The translations under genes were made by a program, and so were the position numbers. A stretch of 64,000 bases of DNA. It comes from Tubulanus polymorphus. Taxonomy: Eukaryota > Animalia > Nemertea. Below, one piece after another: positions 40,301 through 52,637 of this stretch. The notes under the pieces were generated by a model that searched no databases, was not told the DNA's origin, and saw only the letters and a list, made by a program, of their open reading frames with translations. The first letter of the stretch is position 1, and every line of letters begins with the position of its first letter. The stretch covers positions 13,132,275 through 13,196,274 of the forward strand of contig NC_134032.1 of the NCBI RefSeq assembly GCF_964204645.1, given 5' to 3'.

Positions 40301-40935
40301 AATCGAAACGGGGGGTCTCCAGTGTCCACTCACCATTTCATCCGTCATATCAACACCCGTGACGCACCCGCTTTCTCCGACCAGCTTACTGAGCGTATAT
40401 GAATCTCTACCACTTCCGCATCCTAAATCCAACACGGACGCTCCTGTCAAACAGTCGGGGAATACTGAACCACAGCCAAAGTATCTGGATAGAAATGGTG
40501 TATATAATGTTCTCAGGTTTAGGAACTGGAATATAAGTCACACAAAAAGAGGTTAAAAGTGAAGAATAAAAAGTCGCTGAAAAATGACCAAAAGAATATA
40601 CGCAGATGAATCGTTTTTTCGAAATTTGGATAAAAAGTTGCGCGTCCATTTAAGACGTCCTCTTAGAAAACAACAAATTTTCGAAAGAGAGACTATAGGC
40701 AAAATCTGTTATCGAGTGTCAACCTCTAAAAATGAAGAAATAAAGGAATAGTTGCCGCTTACCGGGACGACACATCCTCGTGCACCAATTTCAACGCCTC
40801 GTCGATATGCGATGGATGTTTATTGCACGTTGTTTTGCACACGTTTGTCCGAAGATCAGCGCAGGTTGTTAACGTTTTACCGTAGTATTCGCGCACGTTC
40901 TCTTCAATCAAGCTCCCGGGTTCCGTCGACGCCAT
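37352..40935 (-). CDS. AS3MT: Arsenite methyltransferase-like (AS3MT/ArsM family)
   Basis: Exons: MASTEPGSLIEENVREYYGKTLTTCADLRTNVC... / YFGCG...VLDLGCGSGRD...GVDMT / FLKGYIENL / SNCVVNL / GGELYFSD / GEGLGGALYW...SATYRLFK / LATILRLSRF / DPFKYVNRPPTGSCC*. Linkage of the 3' exons is uncertain. Confidence 0.9.
37809..38163. mobile_element. Non-autonomous TIR element, IS3EU-type (TAC...GTA termini, 6-bp TSD GGTACC), filled with ~20-bp aataagtcgaatttcgac subrepeats
   Basis: ggtacc|tacggaagcccctaggtgacata...tatgtcacctaggggcttccgta|ggtacc. Confidence 0.75.
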
Positions 40936-42831
40936 TTTCAGCCCACTATCTATATTCGGACCCCGCCTTAGATATAGATAACCTTCTAGCCTTTTGTAAA
41001 CTCTCTATCGACCCCACGAGGAACTTAATTATAACTACTAACGATCACGTGTTTTTCAGGTTTTGTTTTCCGTACGTGTTTCGGCAAACGATTGTTTGTA
41101 CTGTGAATGAAACATTGAAAAGTGCTATTGAAGAGTTTCTCACAACTGGCCCGTGAAAAGAGAAACTAGTTTTCGAGATTTAAAAATACATTCGGTATCC
41201 AGATGGTGGAATACGGATTAACGGATTCGGCTCAAACAAAGCCTAATTAATGGCCATGGCTTTTGATTATATTAATGCGCTTTTTTTTTAAATTGTAAAT
41301 ATGTAAGACTTTGATACACGGATACGTAACTATAATCCAATATGATCCAGGATCAAACGCGAGGGACAGCTGTCGGTAAATACATGTACAACGTCGTTTA
41401 TTCTGCGAGTGTCGGTTAGTAAATTGACTAAGTTGTAATGAATGTTAGTATCTTATATACATCACGGTTACTATTTACAATAAACAAAATATAAACATAA
41501 TTAAAAACTATGGTCACTTATCGGGCTGTGTCTGGGTGGAACACGTTAATCCGTGTTCCGCTGAGGCCTAATATAGCAACTATTATGTGTATATATATTC
41601 TAACATTCAATCGAGGTGGCCTCCCTGGTTATGTCCGTCAATTAACTTACCGAAACTTGAGAATAAACCTACATACAAATATATCGATTGGTGTCTATAG
41701 TACCTGATCTTGGATTGTATCGCGATAGTTTTGTGTATAAAAGTCTTATACACAGGAATGCCGTTTTCTAGCCATTAAGAAACACTAAAAACGTACTGCA
41801 GCGTACGCGATTGTTCCTTCTCTATTGAAACTGCTACGCTGGCGATAACTTTTAACTTCTGGAAGTAATGATTTTTTCTTCTAAATGTAAAAAGTAATAA
41901 AAATAAAACAAGAATAAAATTGATAGATGTCAGTTTTCTTTACAGTAGCTACTGTTGGGTCCTCTATTAGTGTCCAACTGCACACTAGTGACACCTAGTG
42001 ATCTTCACTTGCCATAAATGGAATCCTCTATCGCCACAGTAGTTGATGTCCTACTGCACACTAGCACACCGGGTTGATCCTCACTTGCCATATGCAGAAT
42101 CATCTATCTGCGGTAGTTGATATCATACTGCACACTAGTGACACATGGCGGGTCCTCGTGGAATATTGAATGTTTAAGTCCTGCTTTAACTATAAGGACT
42201 AATGTTTTTAAAATAACATCATGGATCTTCAAACTGTTTGAAGATACTATAGAATTGAAATTGAAATGCGTAGGCTACAAACACGATCTTGGCTTGCCTT
42301 TCGGCTCCAGTTCCGTGATATGGTAAGAAGAATCCCCACATGGGAAGAAAACACGCAACATTCTAATCTGCTGTTCATTAATTATAATGTTTATGAAATA
42401 TAACTGTGGGGTGTATTCAAACGGTTTGCTACAACGGGAGGCTTTAATCGCCAGATAAGTTAAAGAAAATCCTTTCGGTTAAGAAAGTCACATTGCCTAT
42501 GAAACATCGGTAAGATGTATTCAAAAATGTACGTTATATTGTCTCTCAAAGCGGCTTAAATGATAAAAAGTAGCCACTGGTTTCGTTCTTTCATTCTCCA
42601 GCTTCAGGCAGCAACACAGGTTAATGAAATGAGAAAGATTCAAGGCATTTAGAAACTAAGAATAATTTTTTTCAGAAATGGTTTCAAACGTTTAAAAGTA
42701 TATGACGAACCTTATTGGAAGTTTATCAGATTAAGTTAAATTACGCTGCTGGATGTTCGCTGCGCTTTTATTTACTTCTTTCATTTAGAACCCGATAAAG
42801 ATTTGAAACGGACCGCAGAAGAAGAATCGCG

Positions 42832-45086
42832 ATGGACGCGAAAAACAAATTGAATTTCTTACCATTCGTCGTTTTATGCCTCGTTACCGTCGCCGTTCGT
42901 TCCGACACTCGTTATCAGAAATTCACTCGCCTTCCCGAATGTTCGAAACTTGAATCGAGCAGAAATTCGCAAAACCGATCGGAGAAAAAAGTTCGCAGCG
43001 TTTTCGAGTGCGGAACTAATTGCATGAATGATGAGAAATGTTCGGCCTTTTCCTTCGCTGATGGCGGAAATTGTTATCTACATGACGTCACTATGGACGA
43101 TGACCCATGTAGCGTTACTGGCAGAACCGTCGACTACTACCAGGTAAGATCTTATATCTCCGTATCTTATATCGAAGATCCGCAATATCGAATGTTTAAC
43201 ATCGGAAATCTGTTACAGTGGCGTTTAGGGGGAAAATACTTCAGGCATTAAATGAATCTTATTTGAAAATGAAGATCGCGGTAGAAGCATTCTACCTCCG
43301 AAGCGTCGGCGAACCTACGAGCAATCATCTCTTGAGATGAAACCCATTTTCGTTATTAAATTGACAATGTTGTTGGCCTTTTGAATATACGCAACTCAAA
43401 CAACGATTGAATTAATAATGAAAAGAAGGAGAAAAGCCACAGACATGCCAGTGATAGTCGATATGGAATCAAAACTAGTTTCTTTCTGTTCCAGATAAAT
43501 GAACAGACAAGCAGCGATATGAAAGGAGCTAACGGTGAGAATAAAGAAGTTTCCAGTTTCTAGGCGCCATTTTGTGGCGGTCCCTCGAGGTCCCCATTGT
43601 AGCGACGATTTGCGCTCATTTTTAAAACATAAGTTTAGATTGAATATCATATAGTTCTGCAGTCCCTTGCTCGATGAACTTAAGTTATACGGCATTTTAA
43701 AGGAAATGAAATGCAGATATTTGCTGGCAATTCTTGGAATGTTTGAACGCAACAATATTGAGAACAGTGCTGATGTGAAACCAAGGACCGCATATCTTAA
43801 CCGCGCGTAAATGAAATCGCAATATCTATTAATTTCAAAATATCTAAGTATATCTTGAAGCTATATTTCCAATTTTCACAGAGGTTAAAGAGGGTTATTT
43901 GCAGTTTAAGCCTGCGTTGAATTATTTTGAATATCTTTCCTGACGACTGATCTGTACCCGCTTGAGTTTGAGATTACGCGCAAAAGGGGTCTCCCACTGC
44001 GCACCGCCATTTCACTGAACACAGTTTCCTTTCGATTTGCAAATTTCACAAAAAAGTTCGTTGATAACGAATAATGCAATACGGTAAGTAATGACAGGTT
44101 TAGTAATGAAGGAATCTCGTCTGTACATGTAAGATGTGGTTGAAAGTCAAGCGACATGACAGGCACTTAGAAATTATCCAAACTTCAGTCGTTCAAAGAT
44201 TGCACGTTAAAGGACTTCAAGGCCCGGTTGCACAGTCGTGACTTAAGTCCAAGAGTGGTCTTTTTAAGACTGGTCTTTAGTTGTTAGATTGGCTTTACAA
44301 GTAAGTTGGTCTTATACTGGTCTTAAGTCTAAGCCATGACTTTGCAACCGGCCCCAAGTGTTTAAGAAATGAGCCTCGTCGAAAAATAGGCAAGCATATA
44401 AGACGGTTTAGGTATTTGTAGTTTGAGGGAATTTACGATTATTTCTTTTTCGAAAATTAATTTCAGATGCTGACGTATCGCCATCGCGCAAATTTCGTTA
44501 TTTTTTCGACTTCGAGAAAGTTGACGCCGAGCGAGGAATTGTGTTCGGCGATGGAGCCAATATGACCGCAGATGATGGCACAAGCAGGATCAATCTTACG
44601 CTAAAGGAAGGTGTAGACAACAGTCAGACAATAGCGTCTGGTCTCACTCGTCAAGCGTTTTATCTGCGTTATGGCGACGTAATGGATGACATAGCTATCA
44701 AAAACTACACGATTTCGTTTCTCGTCAGCGGACGTTTCGGTGACGTGGTTATCGAACATAAAAGTCAAATGGCACGCATCAGTCTGAGTGCATATGGCCG
44801 GTGTCAAAATCTAACTTCGAAGAAAATAATCAGTTACAATTTCGATACGATTCGCGATCTATTCGTCGATGATAGCTGGGTTTCAGTGAGATGTGTGAAC
44901 GGCGCTCTGTACGTCAACGATATTCAACTAAGACCGTTTGCCGAGTATACGCCGAGTCAGATTGGTATGCGTTCAAATCGCATGAGCCCTAAATTGGCAG
45001 CTCAGGTTAACAAGACAAATCTTTATAATATCATCATTGGCGAAATTGCTTGTATTGATGATTATGAAATGGAGATTTGGGATTAG
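42832..45086 (+). CDS. Secreted PAN/Apple-domain protein with a beta-rich (LamG/ConA-like?) C-terminal domain, 3 exons, ~323 aa
   Basis: Exon 1 42832-43143 (signal peptide; RSVFECGTNCMNDEKCSAFSF...NCYLH PAN pattern). Exon 2 43495-43534 (40 nt, phase 0 to 1). Exon 3 44467-45086 is in frame with the ORF at 44541-45086. Confidence 0.75.
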
Positions 45087-45325
45087 TTAATAGGCTATCG
45101 GTAACGTTACTGCGGCAATCAAGGCTTCCGTGATAATCCGCCAGGTTCGCTAGCGGTTAGTCGATATTGCTCAACGCTTCAATTAAGATTAATAAGAAAT
45201 GCCCGAATAGTGAATGTCATAGCTTGATTTTAATGTTGGGATTGGGGCTAGTCGCACAATAAAATGCATATCACCGCCAGGTATATTTTGTGGTATCTGG
45301 GTCATTCTCTTCATCGCGTCTCGCG

Positions 45326-45430
45326 TATATAATAATTCACAAAGCTGTCACGTGGTGGCAGAAAAGAAGTTGTCTAAACCAGTTTTTTGGTGGATGTCGA
45401 TCGTCGTTAAGGTTTAGAATCAGGTAAGCT
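45326..45430 (+). promoter_or_regulatory. Putative TATA box and non-coding first exon of FkbM gene 1
   Basis: tatataa...aaagctgtcac...gaatcag|gtaagc donor at 45424. It is homologous to 56369-56478 upstream of gene 2. The acceptor ttcag lies just before the ATG at 48810. Confidence 0.55.
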
Positions 45431-46799
45431 TAATTAAATGTACTAACGGGACCCATTTCCGGAACGAATTTATGGTTTTTACAGATATCATGCAGTATGT
45501 GGTCATGAACTTTTGAATACCTTCCACTGATTTGAAATGATGAAAGTTTCAATGGTTTTAAACTACTCTCATAACATACCGCCCAAATGATTAGAAATGC
45601 ATTGGCGTCCATTAGCTTTAAGCTGAAATAGGAGTAGGCCTCGCCTCTGGCAGTCGAGATTATACTTGGTACTTTGAAACTCAGTTTTGTCAAAATCGTG
45701 AAAATCCGACTCTTTACTCACAGTCGGAGCTTTTCCCAAGTTGTAGAAAATCTTTAAGTCCCATAATCACCACTAAAGCCAAAGTGAGACATCTTGATTC
45801 GTAAGAATTCGTAAGACTAAATACTCACTAACTATTCAATATTTCTTATTCTTTTTATGTGATTGATCGATTCATTTTTATTTGATTTGAATTTTGTATT
45901 CCTTACAAACCGACCACACCCTGTCGGGAACGAAACAAGGGGTTTAATTTTGAAAACCGAAAATCGAGAACAGTAATCGGTCCAATTTACTATGAAATTT
46001 TGGTTCCGGATATTTTGAATAATCTTCCAACCAGCCTGAACCAGACGGATTGGGGTTATATGTCTTAATCGTAATGGTCGTTTTTCAGTTCTAATGTAAA
46101 CGTAATGCCGATTGTTTTGTGACGTTCATAGTTTGATTTCGAAAATAGAACCAATTTTTCAATTCTTAATTAAAACGATCGACTTAATAAACGAGACATC
46201 GAACGGCACATCTTTCGATCATCGCCGACCACTCTTATAGCAAATGGTTCTTTGGGGGTTCTACAAAAAACCTCTTCGCACATACCCTGGGAGCCTTCAG
46301 TGCCTAAAAGTGATATTCATGGTATAAATGGGTTCTAGTGAAAGATTCTCCAAAGAACCCACAACTCCCATTCCATTTAGAACACAATGAAAACCTTCGT
46401 TCCTGAGGTTGATATCAGGAAGTTTCAAGAATAGCAAATCATTTATTTTACAAAAATTTATTAACTTTGAAATAAATCATTTGAAATCTTTGAAATCAAC
46501 TAGGAAAAAACATTTTTTGCATTATATACCAACACTAAAAAACCCTGCTTGATATTTTTGTGTGTGGTTGAAAATCAGCAGGGTTGTATGTACAAAAACG
46601 GGATAACTGCGCTCCTTAAAATCAGTTATCATAGATACACGGTAAGCGACAAAAATTACATGTATCCGGAGTATATGCAATGCATACGCTGATATCGAAG
46701 TCTTTCATTTAATCAAGTGAAAAAGTATCGGCTACGCCTTGATGCCATCGGTCACATAATCAATGATTTTGGAGCCTCTTTCAATCGACGATGGGATAA

Positions 46800-47090
46800 G
46801 AGGGGGTCATTGGAAAAGATATATTGTACAAGGGTTTTGCGGTGTACTAATATTATGCAGAAAATAAGTCGAGGCAAATCTATGAGTATGTGAACCACGC
46901 CTATCGCCTTGGAAACGACGATCGTCACGCCAGAAATGCCGAACATTACCGAATACACAAGCCGCGGATACATTGACACAAGCGACGCACGTCGTCATGG
47001 AGAAATCAACAGCTGCGTGCGCCCACAATTCAGGCTTGTTACTCCGAGATAAAAACATGAAAAATACTAACGAAGAAAATATTGGCGCCT
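46800..47090 (-). pseudogene. Possible degenerate GPCR fragment in the FkbM gene 1 intron
   Basis: Two shifted frames give ...LVFFMFLSRSNKPELWAHAAVDFSMTTCVA / SMYPRLVY..., resembling TM1-TM2 (LAIFD...IMYPLR) of the 7779-8891 receptor. Confidence 0.3.
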
Positions 47091-47860
47091 GGTGGAAAAA
47101 TGTAGAATGTAGTAATATATACATATAGGTGAAATGTGACATGGAGGTTTGTGTATTAGGGGATTTTTCATGTAACTAGGGGTCCAGGGACACCATGGTC
47201 ACTTTGGATATGGTTAGTAAGACTGGGGCCGGTTTCTGCTGGTGTATATATTAAAGTTAGGCATCACCCACAATATGTGAGCTGTCATTAAGTAAATGTT
47301 TAAACTTTTCACTTGGTGTCAATCTATGGGTTATATATTATTTGCAATAATTTGTCATTATCAAATTTGCTGCCTTTAGGAATGATAGAAAAGACGCAGC
47401 TGTTTTATGTTTACAGCTCTGCCTCGTAGCTTACAGTATTGAAGTGGGTTAATCGCTTCCAACTGCTGGTTGTAAACTACAATGCACATGTTTCGATGAC
47501 GTTTTGTGCGACTGTTTAACATCTCTCATCTCAAGTTATCAATATCTCCGTTCTCAAAATAATTTCTTATTTCTAATCTCAAAATGATTCTTAAGTAAGC
47601 TCTTTTGAAAATTCCTGACAAATGTTTAGTGTATACACCGTTTGTGTTGTACTTTCTATTTGTTTGTCCGTCCATTTGTTTGTCATGTTTTTCAAGTTTT
47701 CATTAAAATGAAATTTATAATCTATTTCCGAATGCAACATCCTTACTAAACAAACTAGCATTATACAGGTAACGTCTATTTCAAATGTTTATACGTAATT
47801 ACAGACAGGAATGATATGTGGTAAATCTACGCAATGGATCGCCAGATACGAATAGAAAAT

Positions 47861-48072
47861 AAGTCCCACAATCACAGGATCGAAAAAGTTTTTTTAAAAT
47901 CGAAACTATTAGAATTTATTAAAAACCCGAATTTTCGGTTTTATTCTAAATGTTAACTCGTAGTTACTCTTGAAAATGGTTTTTAGTATAAAACCGAAAA
48001 TTCGGGTTTTTAATAAATTTTAATAGTTTCGATTTTTTTTAAAAACATTTCGATCCTGTGATTGTGAGACTT
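47861..48072. mobile_element. Penelope-like fold-back (about 90-bp inverted repeat)
   Basis: aagtcccacaatcacaggatcgaaa...ttttcggttttat is mirrored by ataaaaccgaaaa...tttcgatcctgtgattgtgagactt. It shares the tcccacaat end motif with 58-270. Confidence 0.65.
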
Positions 48073-48151
48073 GATCGGACAAAAGTGAATCCATATCATT
48101 TACCAACATCAGAAACGTTAAGCATATGCTCAGGAGTGCTACAAACTATTT

Positions 48152-48499
48152 TTGAAATCTAAACTGCAAAGATACAATAAATTGAACCTATACAATCAAT
48201 ATGAATTTGACGTTGGAACACTGCTTACTTTTGGATGTACCCAAATTAGTGCGCACAATTTCGAAGATAACCGTAGCCGAAAGAGCATTGGTTACAACGT
48301 GGTAGAAGACAAACTACATTTTCTACTTGAATGTGCAAAACTGAGTGAGTTAGGAGAAGGCCTTTGGGTGGAATTTAGAAAGCATTCTCCTCTTCAAGAA
48401 CGATTAAGCCAATTCCGAAAAATTCAAAATTATCACGTGTTCCCCAAATCGGCCAAAGCTCTCGGAAAATTTATCTGCTTGGGCTTCGAACATTTGTAA
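48152..48499 (+). mobile_element. LINE ORF2 C-terminal remnant
   Basis: VEDKLHFLLECAKLSEL is the zinc-knuckle-like C-terminal motif of non-LTR retrotransposons. Confidence 0.65.
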
Positions 48500-48809
48500 A
48501 TAGTTAAATATTGTTATTGTTGTTAATTTTTCATACTTTATTCATATTTTGTAACCGCTTTTATATCATAATTTCTTATTTATTTTGTATTTTATCCTTT
48601 TATTGTTACAAAACCTGAAGTGTATAATAAATTGCCCAAAGGACAGTAACGATTAATTAAGCTGAATCGAATTGGGTTATCGTATTCAAGTCCCCCGCGA
48701 CTGAATGTATCAAATTTGTTCCGATATTTTTGACGGTTACCAGGATCGTTTTTAGCCAGATGTTTGATTTCTTTTTCATTTCCTTTATCTTTCAGCTGAA
48801 CAAAGAATA

Positions 48810-50732
48810 ATGAGGAATTGTCAAAGATCTCCGCTGAAAATCTGCGCTATAGTTGTCAGTATTTTGGCAGTTGGTACTTTGCTGTTTTCTTTGCAATTCG
48901 AGATGTTTAATTTGACTAAGCATAATTCGCTAGCTGGAGTAGTCTATAAATATGTCATGCAAAGGTCAAATGCGCTAATCGTCTATCCACTGGACGTCAA
49001 AGAACCGGACTCGCCGGAAATACCGTGTGCAACGCAAAAAACCAAATATTCCGGGTCGACTCCAATATGTGTTTATAACGCGACAGTTGACACGATCGTG
49101 TCCAATGCTATATTGAAAAATGGGGCTTGGGAACCTCACCTAACCGGACTCATGGAGGAACTTTTCCGTCGCGACCCACATTTGAACTTACTCGATTTCG
49201 GGTCGAATATCGGCGCTTTTACGGTAACGGCGCTAAAAAGCGGTCGTAAAGTCGTCGCGGTCGATCCTAAAGCGGGGAACCTGCGCCGAATCAGAATGTC
49301 GATTCATAAAGGTAATCTGACCGGCGCGGTTTTAGTACAGAACGGTTTATCGGACTTCCGAACAACGGCGACTTTTCATCAACATCACAGCAACAACGGC
49401 GGTTTATACCTCACTGATAGCAATTTGAATTTAACGTATGGTTATAACGCCGCAGTGAAGTTTCAAGTTAGAACGATTTTAGTGACCGATTTGATACCGT
49501 TGATAAAATTCAAACGAGCTATGATTAAGATAGATATTCAGGGTTTCGAGTACAAGGCTTTTCGAAATCTCGATGCGTTATTGAAAGTTTTAGATATACC
49601 CTTTATACAAATGGAATGGGTGATGGTTAAGTTAGGAGAGACTGGTAATCGTATGGTAGCGCTGATGTATAAACTGGGCTATCAATGTTTTCAGAGCGTA
49701 TTAAATGGCGCTCCTTGTCCGGGTAATGACCACACTAAATGGCCGTATGACGTAGTTTGGGTGAGAACTGATGCCACTGTTTACCCTGGAGCATATGAAG
49801 CTATTCGTATTTGGAACGGGAAGCCACCAGTCACACATATAACGACAGCTTCTCCAATAAACGGCGTCGCAATCGTCTATCCACTCAACATCAAAGAACC
49901 AGACTCGCCGGAAATACCGTGTACAGCGCGTAAAACCAAATATTCCGGGGTGACTGCAATATGTGTTTACAAAGCGACAGTTGATACGGTCGTGTCCAAG
50001 GCTATATTGATAAACGGGGCTTGGGAACCTCACCTAACCGAACTTATGGAGGAACTTTTCCGTCGCAATCCTAATTTGAACTTACTCGATTTCGGGTCGA
50101 ATGTCGGCGCTTTTACGGTAACGGCGCTAAAAAGCGGTCGTAAAGTCGTCGCGGTCGATCCTAAAGCGGAGAACCTGCGCCGAATCAGAATGTCGATTCA
50201 TAAAGGTAATCTGACCGGCGCGGTTTTAGTACAGAATGGTTTATCGGACTTCCGAACAACGGCGACTTTTCACCAAGACCCTGGAAACAACGGCGGGTCA
50301 TACCTCACCGATACTAAACTGAATAACACACACGGTATAATAGCAAAAGTGAAATTTCAAGTTAAAACAATTCTAGTGACCGATTTGATTCCAGTGATTA
50401 GATTTAAACGAGCTATGATTAAGATTGATATTCAGGGTTTCGAACTGAAGGCGTTTCAACATCTCGAGTCGTTTTTAAAAACGGTAGATATTCCGTTTAT
50501 ACTGATGGAATGGATCTGGGTGAAGGTCGGAGAGACTGGTAAACGTATGGTAGCGCTGATGTATAAACTGGGCTATCAATGTTTTCAAACCGCTCTGAAC
50601 GGCGCTCGATGTCCGGGTAACGACCACACTAAATGGTCATATGACGTAGTTTGGGTGAGAACTAATGCCACTGTTTACCCTGGAGCATATGAAGCTATTC
50701 GTATATGGAACGGGAAACCAAAACCTTCCTAG
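48810..50732 (+). CDS. Type II membrane protein with two tandem FkbM-family (Methyltransf_21) SAM-dependent methyltransferase domains, paralogue 1
   Basis: 640 aa with an N-terminal TM (ICAIVVSILAVGTLLF). Two copies of LLDFGSN(I/V)G, VVAVDP, IKIDIQGFE and MEW. The internal repeat period is 894 nt (48981 to 49875). Single coding exon. Confidence 0.9.
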   Translation: MRNCQRSPLKICAIVVSILAVGTLLFSLQFEMFNLTKHNSLAGVVYKYVMQRSNALIVYPLDVKEPDSPEIPCATQKTKYSGSTPICVYNATVDTIVSNAILKNGAWEPHLTGLMEELFRRDPHLNLLDFGSNIGAFTVTALKSGRKVVAVDPKAGNLRRIRMSIHKGNLTGAVLVQNGLSDFRTTATFHQHHSNNGGLYLTDSNLNLTYGYNAAVKFQVRTILVTDLIPLIKFKRAMIKIDIQGFEYKAFRNLDALLKVLDIPFIQMEWVMVKLGETGNRMVALMYKLGYQCFQSVLNGAPCPGNDHTKWPYDVVWVRTDATVYPGAYEAIRIWNGKPPVTHITTASPINGVAIVYPLNIKEPDSPEIPCTARKTKYSGVTAICVYKATVDTVVSKAILINGAWEPHLTELMEELFRRNPNLNLLDFGSNVGAFTVTALKSGRKVVAVDPKAENLRRIRMSIHKGNLTGAVLVQNGLSDFRTTATFHQDPGNNGGSYLTDTKLNNTHGIIAKVKFQVKTILVTDLIPVIRFKRAMIKIDIQGFELKAFQHLESFLKTVDIPFILMEWIWVKVGETGKRMVALMYKLGYQCFQTALNGARCPGNDHTKWSYDVVWVRTNATVYPGAYEAIRIWNGKPKPS

Positions 50733-51216
50733 AGAGAGATACCGGTCAGGTGTTCTTTGAATATATATTCTTGTACACAAATTTCGATTTATATACATCA
50801 CGAAGCTAAAACTGCAATTTTTGCCAAGTGAAAATGATATCTTAAATGATATCTGCGAGAAAACAGGCATTGTGCTGTCACCAACTTCTGACGTGCCATT
50901 CGGGTATAGATTCAATACATCTGTCTCGATTTATATGAATGGTTGTTTGGTTAGCATGCATGGACGTATAAGCTAGATGAAGAAAAAACTCCACAATGAC
51001 TATGATTATTTGACCTAATTCTATTCTTCCGGAAAAGCTGATTTCTTAAGCAGTTTTTTACAAAACAGCGGTTAGCGACAATAATGACAATTTATTCCGC
51101 CTTAGATTTATATAAAATATCATCGTGTTTACAAGCAATTGGAATATCAGGGGTTCAGCCAGAGGTCGTGAGGTCAACACACCACTCGCCACCACAACTA
51201 ATTTTTTTTCTTATAA

Positions 51217-51543
51217 ATGGGAGATAGAAAAGCATTCTTAGCGAAAATAAATAACAACATAAAACCAGCAAAAAAACAATTCGAAATAAAAAAGTTAGCC
51301 GATGTTACAAAAGAAATTGAACATAAAATATTAAAATTAGAAAAGATAAAAACTAAATATGGAGAGAAAGTATCTGCAAATTTTAGTTACTGTAATGTTC
51401 GTACAACGCGAGAATTTAAAGTATTTGTACCTGATAAATGGGTTTCATTGAGTAAAGATGAATTAACAGATTTAGAAGGATTTAAAATAATCTATCATGG
51501 AAAAAATGAAGACGGTCATCATGATTTAGAAATTGTTGATTAA
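51217..51543 (+). CDS. Small viral ORF (108 aa), possible OB-fold ssDNA-binding-like protein
   Basis: Open ORF with TAAATG start. KKLADV...KILKLEKIKTKYGEKV...FKVFVP...IIYHG resembles small Maverick-associated beta proteins (inference from pattern). Confidence 0.55.
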   Translation: MGDRKAFLAKINNNIKPAKKQFEIKKLADVTKEIEHKILKLEKIKTKYGEKVSANFSYCNVRTTREFKVFVPDKWVSLSKDELTDLEGFKIIYHGKNEDGHHDLEIVD

Positions 51544-51796
51544 ATAAAAAAAATTAAATAATAGAAATAATAAAATAATAAAATCAATTTAATATCTAGA
51601 ATCCGAAATGACCTATCTGGACAATTTAGTTGCTCCTCATAGATAAACAAAAGTAGTGAGATATTTAATTGATTTAAAATATTGTTTAATGAATTTAATT
51701 TTTTTTTGCTTTTTTTCTAAAATATTAGTCCATTTTTTGTATAGTGAACTTTGGAATTTCAACAGTAGTAAAATTTCATTTGATCTTTTATACCAA

Positions 51797-52021
51797 CTAC
51801 ATCCAATCAAAATGAATACAATTACAAATCCAGCTGCAAAATATAGTAGAAATAACAATATTATTACCATTATTATTAACATTTCCATTGTTTATTTTTT
51901 CTTTTATAGCTTTTTTGAATTCTCTCGATTTAATTCCTAATTGCCGAGACCATTCAATTTGTTTTCGAGTTCTCGGTTTTTTCTTCACAGTTAATTCCTT
52001 CAATTCTTTTACCACGCTCAT
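51797..52021 (-). pseudogene. Small basic viral ORF
   Basis: TAAATG start, K/R-rich N-terminus (KKKPRTRKQIEWSRQLG). A hydrophobic segment in an overlapping frame suggests a frameshifted membrane tail. Confidence 0.45.
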
Positions 52022-52565
52022 TTATTGTAGATAAATTTTTACTTTCAATATTTGAAATATTTGATGTTATAACTCCAGTTGATAATAGCGTCATAAATCC
52101 ACCTTATTGAAATGATAAATATCCAATCCATTTATTTAATTCAGTCGTAACTAAATAATCATTTTTTAAATCGGAATATAATCTATTTTCATCTTGAATT
52201 GGTAGCATATAATTACATAATTTACTATAACCTTTTACTACATTTTCTGATATTGCATCATTGATTCTAGCTATTCTTGCAGTTTCATAGATCTTAAATA
52301 ATTTAATAATTTGGTCTGGTTTCATTGTATCTAATTCATTATACGTTAAATTCTTACCAATAAAATTTTTACATTTTCCAGACGCTATAAATATATCTAA
52401 TTGATGTTTGCGATAAAGATAATATTCAAAATTATTATTTGTAGTAATATCATTTAACGTACTATTATCTGGAGTTAATTTTGTTTCTGATATACCTATA
52501 TCATCCAAAGTTTTTTCAATTTGAACATCACTATTCTAAGATTCTATTTTCTTTTCACCTCCCAT
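51955..52565 (-). pseudogene. Viral ORF of unknown function with two in-frame stops
   Basis: Starts TAAATG GGA GGT at 52565, TAG at codon 10, continues through ORF 52104-52508, then TAA, then GGFMTLLSTGVITSNI... in the same frame. Confidence 0.6.
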
Positions 52566-52637
52566 TTATATAACAAAAGAATTAGTTGTGTTGTTGCAAC
52601 TAGAATTTAACTAGAATGTAAATAAAAATATAATAGA

